Assembly (NCBI RefSeq): GCF_001194135.2
Contig: NC_069000.1
Span: forward strand, 40,871,483-40,935,482
DNA length: 64,000 bases
Direction: 5' to 3'
Source: Octopus bimaculoides
Taxonomy: Eukaryota
A program made the position numbers and the translations under genes. The notes below the pieces were generated by a model. That model saw nothing but the letters and a program-made list of their open reading frames with translations, was not told the DNA's origin and made no database searches. Positions 38,555 through 51,776 of this stretch are shown here, in pieces. How positions within the stretch are numbered: position 1 is the stretch's first letter; every line of letters begins with the position of its first letter.

Positions 38555-40619
38555 GCCCCGTTGACAGGCCGCTGGTATGCAAATTTGCCCTCTTTATGAT
38601 TATACCACATGTTACGTATATATATATAATACACACACACACATACATATGTATTATTTGCTATGCGTATGTATGAATATACGCTCCTCGTTGAGATCAT
38701 CTGTATGTGTCATTGCGAAGTTGGGGTGAAGTTTGTGGTTCACGGGCGCTTATAACCATAAAATCATTACCCCCCCCCACACACACACACCAAAGTCGAA
38801 ATGCCTCAAGATATCTGGAATAGCACTGAAGATTTCCTCAGTATAATCAATGACTGCAACCACTTCTACCACCTAGAAAAAATTTTATTGTAGGTAGCAT
38901 AGATATAGTAACTCAATTTTTTCTCAATTTACTTGTTTTGGTAACTCGACTGCAGTCATGCTGGAGTACAGCATTAAATGGTTTTAATTGCACAAATCAG
39001 CCCTAGGAATTATGCTTTTTTAAAAGTCTGGTAGTTATTCTAGCGTTTTTCGCCGAACAGCTAAATTTCTAGGATGCATACAAACCAACATTGGTCGTCA
39101 AACTGTGATGGGGTGACAAATGCGGACTCATTAACACAGACACATTCACATATATACGATGGGCTTCTATACAGTTTCCGTCCACCAAATTAATTTACAA
39201 CGCATTGGTCAGCCCGAGGAAAATTAGAAGGCGCTTGGTCAAGGTACAATGCTGTAGGAATGAACCTGAAACTACATGGTTAGAAAGCGAGCTTCTTGAC
39301 CACACACACACACACACACACAAGCGCATATGTATGCATGCATGCATACATACATGTATGTATGTATGTATGTATGTATATATGTATGTATGTATACAGT
39401 GGCCTTCAAAACGTTTATGGTCAGAGCAATGAAGGGCAAAATAATTTAATTTATAATAACCTCATGGAGACTTATCTAAAATAAATAAACGCCTGTCTCA
39501 GACAGGTCGATGCATATTTATCCCGATTTCTGTCCATGCTTCTTAGTTGATATAATTTGCTTCGATCTTGATCACAACTGTCTATCAAAATATTTCATGA
39601 AAGTTGTTGTGTGGAAGTAGAACACCTCTATTGGTTGGATCCTAATGGGCTGTACCATAATACAAAGGGACATAGGCAGAGAGCCTTGAGAGTAGTGTAA
39701 AGCCGAAAGTTGCATATTGTCATGGGTTATTACCAGTATCTTGAGTAGAACGATTTGCGAGGACATTGTTATTATCCCGTTATGTCGTACGTCGAACGTG
39801 CGATACAGCAAAAGTTGTATTGGGTTAAGATTGGAGCTTTAACCAATCATTTCGGAAATATGATTCAATGAGTTCTTTTCTGAGTTTATGGTAGATTGTT
39901 CTTATCTGTTCTTACATAAAAAATAAATGGTTAATAGACACTTTTTAGTATCCAACAAAACTAAGATCTTCCTGTAGCTCAGATTGCATATTCATAACAA
40001 AACTCCAACCGTTTCACCTTTAACTGTTTTTACAAATAGTTCGGCTCCAAAGTTTCAGTTTTGCTAAGTCATATACATATAAACCTTGATTTTGAAAAAT
40101 TGACAGAATGTGCTTTTGTCAGTCTAGCCCAGCTCTTCCTGTCAACCAAAACGCGTTTTTACTTGTGACAGAAATCTTTTGTTCAATTGAGCCCTTGACC
40201 CCCTTGATCGTTTAGCTTTTAAAATTAAGGACTTCTTTATTGTAAGTCTTCGTTCATATCCGATTTCTTTCAACACTGTTCATACGTAATATGACGACAT
40301 AACCTTAAAATATGCAATCTCTCTTAAGTTGTAAATCACTTTAATAACTCTTCTCTTAACTCTTTTCTTTGCCCGTTTGTCTTCTTGATTCTGCAATGCT
40401 GTTCTTTAAACTTTCTCTTAACTATGTCATTCAATGTTTGATGACGTAAGAATTTGAAAATTCACCGATATCTTTTTCACTTTGTTGTGTTTTAACAAAT
40501 AAAAATTACAGGTAATCCAAAACTAGTCGTTCATCGGCATTCTCATGGTTGTTTTCCAGTTTTACTGGTTTTTACACAATGATATAAAAAACATACATAT
40601 TTATGTATGTATTCATTTA

Positions 40620-41375
40620 TTCTTTTCCTTGTTTCAGTCATTTGACTGTGGCCATGCTGGAGCACCGCCTTTAGTCGAACAAATCAACCCCAGGACTTAT
40701 TCTTTGTAAGCCTAGTACTTATTCTATCGGTCTCTTTTGCCGAACCGCTAAGTTACGGGAATATAAACATAACAACATCGGTTGTCAACCAATGGTGAGG
40801 GGGACAAACACAAACACACACACGCACCCCCCCCACATATATTCGACGGGCTTCTTTCAGTTTCCGTCTCACAAGGCTTTGGTCGGTCCGAGGCTAAAAT
40901 AGAAGACACTTGCCCAAGGTGCCGCGTAGTGGGACTGAACCCAGAACCATGTGACTGGGAAGCAAGCTACTTACCACACAGCTACGGCTGCGCCTATGTA
41001 TTCTTTTATTCTTTTGTTCTTTTATTTGTTACAGTCATTTGACTGCGGCGATACTGGAGCACCGCCTTTAGTCGAACAAATCGACCCTAGGATTGATTCT
41101 TTATAAGCCTAGTACTTATTCTATCGGGGTCTTTTGCCGAACTGCTAAGTTACAGGGACGTGTATATGTATCTTTTATCTTTTTCTTTTATTTCAGTCAT
41201 TTGAACGCAGCCGTGCTGAGGCACTGCTTTGAAAAGTTTTTAGTTGAACAAATCGGCTCCAGGACTTAATTTTAAAGCCTAGTACTCATTCTAACGGTTT
41301 CAGTTGCCGAACCGTTAAGTTACGGAGACGTAAACACACCAACACCGGTGGTCAAGCGATGGTGGTTGACAAATA
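40620..41375 (-). mobile_element. Cluster of three tandem family-B SINE copies (one near full, two partial)
   Basis: CAGTCATTTGAC...GCACCGCCTTTAGTCGAAC repeated near 40635, 41030 and 41195. Confidence 0.8.
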
Positions 41376-42251
41376 CAGACACGAGATAGAGGGAATGTAA
41401 TTGTAAAGATTTCACGAGAATAGTCGAAGGGAAAGAGATGAGAAAGGAAAATGAGAGGGAAAAAGAGGATAAGACGAAGTGTAAAACAGAAAGAGGGAGA
41501 TAGAAAAAGAGTGAGAGTGAGAGACAAAGCGGGAGAAAGAAAAAAAGGAAAAGAGAATCCTCTATGACGTGTGGTAGGAGGAACGTAATATTTATTACGT
41601 GATAAAAAAATTAGTTGAAAGTAGTGTTATAGAGAAAGTGATTTAAAAATATAATTTTAGCAGAAGGGTGACGTTCTGATGGTGAAGTTAAAGAAAGGCA
41701 GACAGATAGATAGATAGAGACAGAGAGAGAAGAGGGCAAGAGAAAGAGAGAGAGAGATAATGGTGGTGGTGGTGGTGGAGGTGGTTTTTGAATAGTGAAA
41801 AGTGTATTTCTTTTTAATTGAAACAATTTTTTTTAATATCACCTATCACTTTATGCATGTACATAAGTGTAAATCCGTGAACTATACACGTTTATTTACG
41901 CGGCAAATTAAAGGCTGTATCATATGTACGGGTTGTTTATTTTGTTTATAGGATAAATAGAAAAATAAAAGTAAATATTTATTTTATGAGTGCTGTGTAT
42001 TAAGTCTATAAAATTGTGTATAAATATATAAAGTGTATTAAGTAATCATCCTATTCCAGTTTCTTTCACTTTTCAATGAATAGTAGATGAGCGATTATAT
42101 TTTGATACAAAGGTAACACAGTGTACGCTTTCAGGTTTTTGGATGAAGTTTCAGAAATAACCCAATGGGTTTACCATTAATTCCGTGAAACATTCACGGG
42201 TCCCGCTATTAAGGGAAGAGTAAGACGGCTAGAAAGTGTATGTGTGTGTGT

Positions 42252-42252
<1 letters not shown>

Positions 42253-42338
<86 letters not shown>
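42253..42338. repeat. (GA)n microsatellite (others: (ATCT)n/(ATCC)n 48562-48680; (TATG)n 63591-63765; many (CA)n and (TA)n tracts)
   Basis: Read directly. Confidence 0.95.
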
Positions 42339-42343
<5 letters not shown>

Positions 42344-43044
42344 AGCAGTAGAAAAATGATACTTTATTTTATCAAACTCAGGAAAAATAAATGACCGAAC
42401 TGGCAATGAATGAATACCGAACCTCAACACAAGGTAAAACAAGTTGTGCACTGCTCTACCAATTAAAAACCACTTAGATATATTTTATACTAATTCATAA
42501 AGCTCGTAGTTACTGCTATGGTTGTCTGAGGTTGATAACTTTTCCCTCAGTTCTTCAAATGCGAAGCGGTATGGAAGTAAACAAATTTAGAATTTTGCGT
42601 TGACAGATTTTGATTGGGTAAGTGACATAGAAACATATCTAAGACAACGGTATCAGTCACCTGTTCAGCTATGTGTATGGTGCGTAAATGTATGCACAAC
42701 ATTTTGTATGCATGTATGATCAAATACATGTGCATGCTTGTATGTGTTTATAATATATCAAAGTTATATGCCCATATGTATACAGGTAGGGCTCTGAAGT
42801 CAATCTGTATACATATGAACCTACATGTGTTCACGTGTCTGTCGATATGGTTACAAATAAATAGGCTTTACTTCTCATGATATTTGAAGAATCTACATTG
42901 ACTGAAAAACGTGACCGGTAGTAGGTGAAAATTTCCCACCAAATTGGCGTGAGGAAGTGTGTGTATATGTATATGTGTATATATGAATGTGTGCAAATTG
43001 ATTGATTTATACACACACAGACATAAGAAGTGCTCCACCCAAAT

Positions 43045-43083
<39 letters not shown>

Positions 43084-43288
43084 TGTATGTATATACACAT
43101 CTATATGTGAATATAAGTGTGTTTGTATTTGAATACACAAACATTTTTTCATATCTATATATTTTGTTTCATGTATATATGCATACACACACAGTTATAT
43201 ATATATATAAGCGCGTTACATAAATCAAGTTAAATATCAGAGTTATTTTACTGAGATAGATTGCTTTCCTTACGCTCTCGAAAAAAAA

Positions 43289-43293
43289 ATGAG
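43289..43293 (+). CDS. Peroxidase-like gene, candidate exon 1 coding part (ATG AG)
   Basis: aaaaATGAG|gtaagt strong donor; phase 2 joins the 48506 exon to give MRPEIFIVHLLLLASG, a signal-peptide-like start. An alternative first exon could lie in a gap. Confidence 0.6.
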
Positions 43294-43358
43294 GTAAGTG
43301 TTTACGTAACATTTTGTACTTATATACAAACGACTACTTTGCTTTACTTCAAATCATG

Positions 43359-43397
<39 letters not shown>

Positions 43398-43457
43398 TCA
43401 CACAAACATTTATGTATATGTATATATAGGTGAATATATATATACACACACGCACAC

Positions 43458-43488
<31 letters not shown>

Positions 43489-45593
43489 CACACACATATA
43501 TATATATATATATATANNNNNNNNNNNNNNNNNNNNNNNNNNNNNNNNNNNNNNNNNNNNNNNNNNNNNNNNNNNNNNNNNNNNNNNNNNNNNNNNNNNN
43601 NNNNNNNNNNNNNNNNNNNNNNNNNNNNNNNNNNNNNNNNNNNNNNNNNNNNNNNNNNNNNNNNNNNNNNNNNNNNNNNNNNNNNNNNNNNNNNNNNNNN
43701 NNNNNNNNNNNNNNNNNNNNNNNNNNNNNNNNNNNNNNNNNNNNNNNNNNNNNNNNNNNNNNNNNNNNNNNNNNNNNNNNNNNNNNNNNNNNNNNNNNNN
43801 NNNNNNNNNNNNNNNNNNNNNNNNNNNNNNNNNNNNNNNNNNNNNNNNNNNNNNNNNNNNNNNNNNNNNNNNNNNNNNNNNNNNNNNNNNNNNNNNNNNN
43901 NNNNNNNNNNNNNNNNNNNNNNNNNNNNNNNNTATATATATATATATATATGTTTTGCAAATTGGCTAAACTGGCAATATGACCATCCCCAAGTACAACA
44001 CTCATGACTCTTTCCAGAGCCGAATCCTGCTGCCAGACACTTGGTCTTCAAGCAACAACACTTTCTTGCCAGGGTTTGACCACACTATCAGGCAGCTTCA
44101 CATAGCCGTCTGAGTTGAGCCTAAAGTCCTGTTCAAAAACATTTGGTAATGAAGCCAGGTGTGCGGACGCAATCAGAACGCCAGCTGTGTTCCTTTTTAC
44201 TGGCCATGGTCCCGTAGTCTCCGTTGCAGTTATTCATGTCACGTCTTATAACATTTACAGTATCCATTGAGCATTGAGCAGCAGTCATGATGTCAGCATT
44301 TTGATACTTAGCGCGAATCATCATGCACACAAGTAACTCATTTCCAATATTCAGATGGCTTCCAGTCTTCCATCTCAGCTAACTTTTACTTAACTACAAC
44401 AATGACTGATCGCATCAGGCTGTTTCTCAAAAAAAAAAAAAAGGAGACAAAGGTTATCAAGTTTATCCGAACACTCAGAATAGAAATTCTTTTATTCTTT
44501 CATTTGTTTTAATCATTTTGCTGCGGCCACGCAGGAGCACCGCCTTTGTTCGAACAAATCGACTCCAGGACTTAATTCTTTGTAAGCCTAGTACTTATTC
44601 TATCGGTCTCGTTTGCCGAACCACTAAGTTACGAGGACGTAAACACACCAACATCGGTTGTCAAGCGATAATGGGGGGGGGGGTAACACAGACGCTCAAG
44701 CACACACACACACACACACACACNNNNNNNNNNNNNNNNNNNNNNNNNNNNNNNNNNNNNNNNNNNNNNNNNNNNNNNNNNNNNNNNNNNNNNNNNNNNN
44801 NNNNNNNNNNNNNNNNNNNNNNNNNNNNNNNNNNNNNNNNNNNNNNNNNNNNNNNNNNNNNNNNNNNNNNNNNNNNNNNNNNNNNNNNNNNNNNNNNNNN
44901 NNNNNNNNNNNNNNNNNNNNNNNNNNNNNNNNNNNNNNNNNNNNNNNNNNNNNNNNNNNNNNNNNNNNNNNNNNNNNNNNNNNNNNNNNNNNNNNNNNNN
45001 NNNNNNNNNNNNNNNNNNNNNNNNNNNNNNNNNNNNNNNNNNNNNNNNNNNNNNNNNNNNNNNNNNNNNNNNNNNNNNNNNNNNNNNNNNNNNNNNNNNN
45101 NNNNNNNNNNNNNNNNNNNNNNNNNNNNNNNNNNNNNNNNNNNNNNNNNNNNNNNNNNNNNNNNNNNNNNNNNNNNNNNNNNNNNNNNNNNNNNNNNNNN
45201 NNNNNNNNNNNNNNNNNNNNNNNNNNNNNNNNNNNNNNNNNNNNNNNNNNNNNNNNNNNNNNNNNNNNNNNNNNNNNNNNNNNNNNNNNNNNNNNNNNNN
45301 NNNNNNNNNNNNNNNNNNNNNNNNNNNNNNNNNNNNNNNNNNNNNNNNNNNNNNNNNNNNNNNNNNNNNNNNNNNNNNNNNNNNNNNNNNNNNNNNNNNN
45401 NNNNNNNNNNNNNNNNNNNNNNNNNNNNNNNNNNNNNNNNNNNNNNNNNNNNNNNNNNNNNNNNNNNNNNNNNNNNNNNNNNNNNNNNNNNNNNNNNNNN
45501 NNNNNNNNNNNNNNNNNNNNNNNNNNNNNNNNNNNNNNNNNNNNNNNNNNNNNNNNNNNNNNNNNNNNNNNNNNNNNNNNNNNNNNNNTATAT

Positions 45594-45628
<35 letters not shown>

Positions 45629-46249
45629 TACACATACACTTCTGATTGGATCCTATGGAAGAAGTGCTTGAAGACCCTTTCCACAACCTTTCTAAGTCTT
45701 TTTTTTTTACATTTTCAAGTTGCAAGATTCATTACTGCATTGAAATCGTCCAGTCACAGTTATCTTTGTCTTTCATTGTTCCAAAGGCAATGAAATATAT
45801 GCCATTCAAAGTGTTTATATAACCAACAACTTCATTTACGGAAAATAGTAAACCTTTTATTCGAAAAATCTTTATTGTTACAAAACAGAATTTTCTAACA
45901 TTTTTGCTAACAGCAATCCTTTATATGTAAACGAATATTCCCACGTGTGTAGGATTCTAAAAAATCTCTTTTCTCAATAAACTGATTTTATTAACTAACA
46001 ACAAACTCATTTCCTCTATTCTGCACTTTAAATGAAAGCTAATTTTAACTGAATAGTTGTATAACATTACAGCCTTTAAAACTAAAACAAAAATCACAGA
46101 CCTCCAGTACTTCCTTTGTGGACTTCAGTTCAGAAACACCTGTTACAAATGCTAATGGCATAAACAGTAAAATTCTGGATAAAATGCTTTGCGGTGTTTA
46201 ATTACATCTCTGTGAGTTCTAAGTTCATGTCTCTCCACAGTAGAAGTAC

Positions 46250-46620
46250 TGTCCTCGAGTGAGTTTATTGAAAGGTGGGTGAAAGTTGCGAAAATGGCTA
46301 GAGTGGATGGTACCTCTCTAAGTGTAGACCTGAGAATCGGTGAGAAGGACTTGGAGAGGGCACCTGCTCTCGGGGTTTCAGGGAAATCTCGGACAGTGGG
46401 GTTCTTCGATTATCCTTATTGGCTTTCCTGTATCAAGAGGGCCACATCTCCATCATCCTCCACGCCACTTTTTCTTTGTAACCTTTGTATGCTATGCATA
46501 TGTCCCTTCCTTTCAGTGTATACATTTTTTATCATTTCATTATATGTAAACCTCCACATTTTATGTCTGTCTTTGTATTGTCCTCCTCATTTGCTGCCCT
46601 TGTGGCAAATAAATGATATC
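46250..46620 (+). mobile_element. Tx1/L1-clade LINE extreme 3' end
   Basis: SSEFIERWVKVAKMARVDGTSLSVDL resembles the end of the 33-kb element (FVEWWMNVARMTRVNGPDLNVRL*). Confidence 0.7.
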
Positions 46621-46877
46621 ATTATCATTATTAAGGCAGCAAGCTGACAGACACATTAGCACGCCGGGCTAAATGCTTAGCGGTATTTCGCCGAGGTCGA
46701 CTTTACCTTTCATCCTTTCGAGGTCGATAAAATAAGTACCAGTGAAACACTGGTGTCTATGTAATCGACACATCCCCTCCCCCAAAATGGCTGCCCTGGT
46801 GGTAAAATTTGAAACCACTATTATTATTGTTGTTGTTGTTGTTGTTGTTGTTATTGTTGTTGTTGCTGTTGTAGTTG

Positions 46878-46939
<62 letters not shown>

Positions 46940-46957
46940 GTTGTTGTTGTTGTTGTT

Positions 46958-47500
46958 GAATGAGAGAGCATACCATCAAAGTGACACTGAGGTACAAATA
47001 TACGAAACTCAATATGCCCATCAAGACCACCCGTCTAATAATAAGGGTATACCAGGTACATGCATCACAACCGTATGTGCGGCATGGTGATCTCATATCA
47101 AGATAAATAGCGCATGACCTTGTAGGTGGGGCCCAGTTAGAATTTTCTTCAGGTCAAATAGCCCATCGTGCTCAGAATGTCATGAATAAAGCTTGTTTAT
47201 GGATGTTGAAAGAAACACCCATGTTTCCTGAAGTGAATTATTCAAACCCCAAAGAATTCCTCTCAACACATGGCTATGATGCTTCCCCACTACCTCTGCT
47301 CGTGATCAGAGATGCACATATCGTCAGGAACCAAGGGACATGCTCAACTGGTTAAGGTCAAACAACTGACAAGCAAATCTGTGGTATTCAGCAGAATATT
47401 TGCTGTAGCCCATCTTTCATACCAAGACAAAACAATGTACATGATAACACTTCCAATCAGTTAAGATCAGAAGCCATGAGAGCCACTGCCTGGTACTGCA
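46958..47500. repeat. Family F repeat
   Basis: Collinear with 34370-34925. Confidence 0.85.
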
Positions 47501-47620
47501 GTACTTTACCTTTCATCCTTTCTGGGTCGATAAATTAAGTACCAGCGAAGTACTAGCGTCAATGTGATCGACTTACCTCCTCTCTACAAATTTCAGGCCT
47601 TGTGCCTATAGTAGAAAGGC

Positions 47621-47731
<111 letters not shown>

Positions 47732-47867
47732 TCAAGGTGGCAAGCTGACAGGATCGTTAGCACACCGGGCTAAATGCTTAGCGGTTTTTCGTCTGCCGCT
47801 ACGTTCTGAGTTCAAATTCCATCGAGGTCTATTTCGTCTTTCATTCTTTTGGGGTCGATAAATACCA

Positions 47868-47939
47868 CGGGCATATGGCATAGTGATTAAGAGCGCGGGC
47901 TACTAACGTCAAGATTCCGAGTTCGATTCCAGGCAGTGA

Positions 47940-47975
<36 letters not shown>

Positions 47976-48131
47976 TAACAACATCGAAAAATACCTTAGG
48001 AATGAGAGCCCAGGTTCGAAATTTCCCCAAGACACCTGATGAAGGCTGGAGGGTATATCAGCCGAAACGTTGTGTTAACAACAAACAAGATGAGGACAAA
48101 TATCCGTCAAATGTAAATGATGTAAATAAAT
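47868..48131 (+). mobile_element. tRNA-headed SINE (family E) with (AAT)n linker and hammerhead-containing tail, inserted into a family-D SINE
   Basis: A box TGGCATAGTGA and B box GAGTTCGATTCC; flanked by direct repeat TAAATACCA (47859-47867 and 48132-48140). Confidence 0.8.
48031..48076 (+). ncRNA. Minimal type-I hammerhead ribozyme motif in a SINE tail
   Basis: GACAC-CTGATGA-A-GGCTG-(loop)-CAGCC-GAAA-CG-TT-GTGTT: intact core, 5-bp helix II, palindromic helix III (AACGTT), helix I GACAC/GTGTT. Confidence 0.75.
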
Positions 48132-48505
48132 TAAATACCAGATGCGTACTGAGGTTGATCTAATCGACGAGACCCCCTCCCCACCAAAATTTAAGGCCTT
48201 GTGCCTAGAGTAGAAAGTATTATTATTTTTTGTTTAAGGCGGTGAGCTTGGAGAATCATTAGCACCCCGGGTAGAATATCTAGTGACATTTCATCTGTCA
48301 ACGTTCTGAGTCCAAATTCTGTTGAGTTCGACTTCGCCTTTCATCCTTTCGAGGTCGATGAAATAAGTACGAGATGAACACTAGGGGCGATCTAATCGAC
48401 TTACCCTTCCCTCGAACCTGCTGGCCTTGTGCCAAAATTTGAAACCATTATCATTACCTTTAGTCACACTGAGGCATATAATATGTTATTGCTTTTCTTT
48501 TGCAG

Positions 48506-48552
48506 ACCAGAAATATTTATCGTTCACTTGTTACTATTGGCTTCAGGAGAAT
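48506..48552 (+). CDS. Peroxidase-like gene, exon 2 (PEIFIVHLLLLASGE; hydrophobic signal peptide core)
   Basis: Acceptor cttttcttttgcag|, donor T|gtaagt; 47 nt, phase 2 to 1. Confidence 0.75.
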
Positions 48553-48561
48553 GTAAGTCTG

Positions 48562-48631
<70 letters not shown>

Positions 48632-48944
48632 CATCCATCCATCCATCCATCCATCCATCCATCCATCTATCTATCTATCTTTCCCTTTCTCGCACCGTCT
48701 CTATACTTGTATTTCTCATCACTTCTTATCGTTTTCAGCTCATTGAACTTTTTCTACTCTTTCACTCTTCTCTTTTCCGTAAGTTTCGTTTCTCCTTTCC
48801 CATTTTTAAACTTCTTTCTAACCGCCACTTTTATACGCTCCTTTATTGTTTTTAATCTCTATCTATCCCGCTGTCTTTCTCCTCTTTAAAAATGTGATTT
48901 TATTGACAATATTTCTCACCAAATTTTCCTTTCTCTCTCTACAG

Positions 48945-48963
48945 TTTTTCAAGTCGTTTACAG
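48945..48963 (+). CDS. Peroxidase-like gene, micro-exon 3 (FFQVVYS, 19 nt)
   Basis: Acceptor ttctctctctacag|, donor CAG|gtaagt; phase 1 to 2 links exon 2 and exon 4 in frame. Confidence 0.75.
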
Positions 48964-49950
48964 GTAAGTTGACAGATTTCATCTCTAAGTCATTCACGTT
49001 TTAGACACCTCCTTTCATGTACCAGCTTGATATTACCTTCCCAAAGAGCAGTCATCTTTGCAATTAAACTGTTTTTATTAAATGAAACAATGCTATAAAG
49101 CGAGAATGTTACTTTGTTATTGGAAACACGAGCGCTTTCTTCATATCTACCAACAGATTCATGACTACCATATATAAGTCTGGATCATGGATTTCCTTTG
49201 TTTATGCTTCTGCATTGACGGTTTTTACCACGTATGTGGAAAACAACGAGTGCAAATTAGTGTAAATGCTCATTGCATTGATGCTTCTATCTTTGATTTA
49301 GTGCATCAACAAAACTAATAAAGACTGGGTAATGCCACCAGATATATTCTGGAGTAACTTGCTTTCAGTTAGGATATGCCCTAAAATGCAACATCTGACA
49401 ACAGTCAGTAGCGCCACTATAGCTATACGGTCTAGTATCAGACGAGGAAGGAAGCACGGTCCCTGGATCAATCGCAACCTAGAGGGCTCCAATTTCCGCA
49501 GCGTTCCATTAGAGCTCATTAGTTCAGCTAACTCCCGTGCAGCAATGGTTTCCTAACCCTAATACTTTAACTACACGCTCCTCAGCATAATGAATTTTTG
49601 TTTTGGACAATATACATTTGTTATTCTGGAGAAATATTCGTTTGCGTATTTTCCGTAAATGTCCCCGTCCATCTCTGCACTTGTCACACCTTTCTTTTTG
49701 AGAGTAGTCTTTATCATTTCAATATATGTTCTCACGCTCCATTTCCTTCCTGTCAACATTATTAGCTGGCCACATTAACAATGGGTCCTTTCGAGGCCCG
49801 GAGCATCCCGTAGAAGTGAGCTTTGATACTTTAAATTACCCTGCCAGAGATTTTAAAAGTAGTATGTTTTTGAAGTAATAATATACAGCTCATTTTTTTT
49901 TTGTAAATTCTAAAACTCTACGGTTGTACATCAAATTCTATATAAGTAGA

Positions 49951-50271
49951 TTGTTGTTGGCACTCCGTCGCTTACGACGTCGAGGGTTCCAGTTGATCCG
50001 ATCAACGGAACAGCCTGCTCGTGAAATTAACGTGCAAGTGGCTGAGCACTCCACAGACACATGTACCCTTAACGTAGTTCTTGGGAATATTCAGCGTGAC
50101 ACAGTGTGACAAAGCTGACCCTTTGAATTACAGGCACAACAGAAACAGGAAGTAAGAGTGAGAGAAAGTTGTGGTGGAAGAGTACAGCAGGGTTCGCCAC
50201 CATCCCCTGCCGGAGTCTCGTGGAGCTTTAGGTGTTTTCGCTCAATAAACACTGACAACGCCCGGTCTGGG
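49951..50271 (-). mobile_element. SINE family A, head in gap
   Basis: Reverse complement of the family-A body and tail. Confidence 0.85.
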
Positions 50272-50898
50272 NNNNNNNNNNNNNNNNNNNNNNNNNNNNN
50301 NNNNNNNNNNNNNNNNNNNNNNNNNNNNNNNNNNNNNNNNNNNNNNNNNNNNNNNNNNNNNNNNNNNNNNNNNNNNNNNNNNNNNNNNNNNNNNNNNNNN
50401 NNNNNNNNNNNNNNNNNNNNNNNNNNNNNNNNNNNNNNNNNNNNNNNNNNNNNNNNNNNNNNNNNNNNNNNNNNNNNNNNNNNNNNNNNNNNNNNNNNNN
50501 NNNNNNNNNNNNNNNNNNNNNNNNNNNNNNNNNNNNNNNNNNNNNNNNNNNNNNNNNNNNNNNNNNNNNNNNNNNNNNNNNNNNNNNNNNNNNNNNNNNN
50601 NNNNNNNNNNNNNNNNNNNNNNNNNNNNNNNNNNNNNNNNNNNNNNNNNNNNNNNNNNNNNNNNNNNNNNNNNNNNNNNNNNNNNNNNNNNNNNNNNNNN
50701 NNNNNNNNNNNNNNNNNNNNNNNNNNNNNNNNNNNNNNNNNNNNNNNNNNNNNNNNNNNNNCGTAAGTACCACTGGTCTGTCTGTGTCTGTCTGTCTGCC
50801 TGTCTGCCTGCCTGCGCGCCTGTCCGTCTGTCCGTCCGTCTCCGCATACATATGTACCTACCTACACATACGCGTGTGTGCACACACACAAGCACATA

Positions 50899-50939
<41 letters not shown>

Positions 50940-50940
50940 G

Positions 50941-50982
<42 letters not shown>

Positions 50983-51003
50983 CAAGTTCCGATTTTGTTT
51001 CAG

Positions 51004-51155
51004 CACTTCCTGTTCACAAACGACCCTTAATTGTAGTTTTGGGACACTGTCTTACCGTAACATTGATGGCTCTTGTAATAACTACGAAGCACCCCACAAC
51101 AGTTATGGCAAAAGTAACACACCTTATGGTCGATTCTTGACTCCTTTGGGGCCAG
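51004..51155 (+). CDS. Peroxidase-like gene, exon 4 (TSCSQTTLNCSFGTLSYRNIDGSCNNYEAPHNSYGKSNTPYGRFLTPLGP)
   Basis: YR.IDGSCNN...G...PY.RFL motif is the N-terminus of the animal heme peroxidase domain; acceptor ttttgtttcag|, donor G|gtatgt. Confidence 0.93.
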
Positions 51156-51525
51156 GTATGTATAGTGGTTTCAGAAAAAATTTTAATCATCTATTAATTT
51201 ATTGTACTTTCTCTAATTAGATTTGTTCGCTCTTAGCAGGTACACATAAAAATTCACTTGTGTTTACGGATTAATAGTAATTTTAATTTAGGAAAACACA
51301 ATAATAAAAACCATTGAGAAGAAGAAGATATCAATGAATTTACACATCATTGGCTGTAATGAATGTGAAAAGTCCGACAAGAAATTGATCTATTCTTGGT
51401 ATTAATCATCAAACAATGAATAGTATTAGACAAAAAAATCAAACAAAAAAAATTATTGAAAAGGGCATTGTTGAGTGAATAAGAGAACTAGGCGGTTGCA
51501 GAAAGCTTCTGAGAGGGCAAAGAAG

Positions 51526-51776
51526 GCACAGAGTCACCCGAGGAGAATGCAAAGGGCGTTCATGCAACTCACGAGGGTTGTTTTCGGCCCAGTATCTGAA
51601 GTTTTGCTTATTCACTGTGGCACACAGATGAAAATGCGCCTCGTCACTGAACAACACAACAGATGCATTGGGGATATATGTACCTTTCGAAAATGAAAAA
51701 AAACTTTTTTGTAACTTTAATTTATTTGCCTTTTATTAAACCTACAAATGTGTCAGATCATTTTGCCGGACCCTAT
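51526..51776 (-). mobile_element. Tc1/mariner transposon remnant (terminal sequence plus transposase fragment)
   Basis: FSDEAHFHL..VNKQNFRYWAENNPRELHERPLHSPRVT is the first catalytic-Asp region; TA-AGGGTCCGGC putative terminus. Confidence 0.85.

Noticed and set aside
46669-47090. Poly-Ile/Leu/Val/Thr ORFs (also 34000-34203 and 47841-48035)
   Set aside because: Translations of trinucleotide microsatellites.
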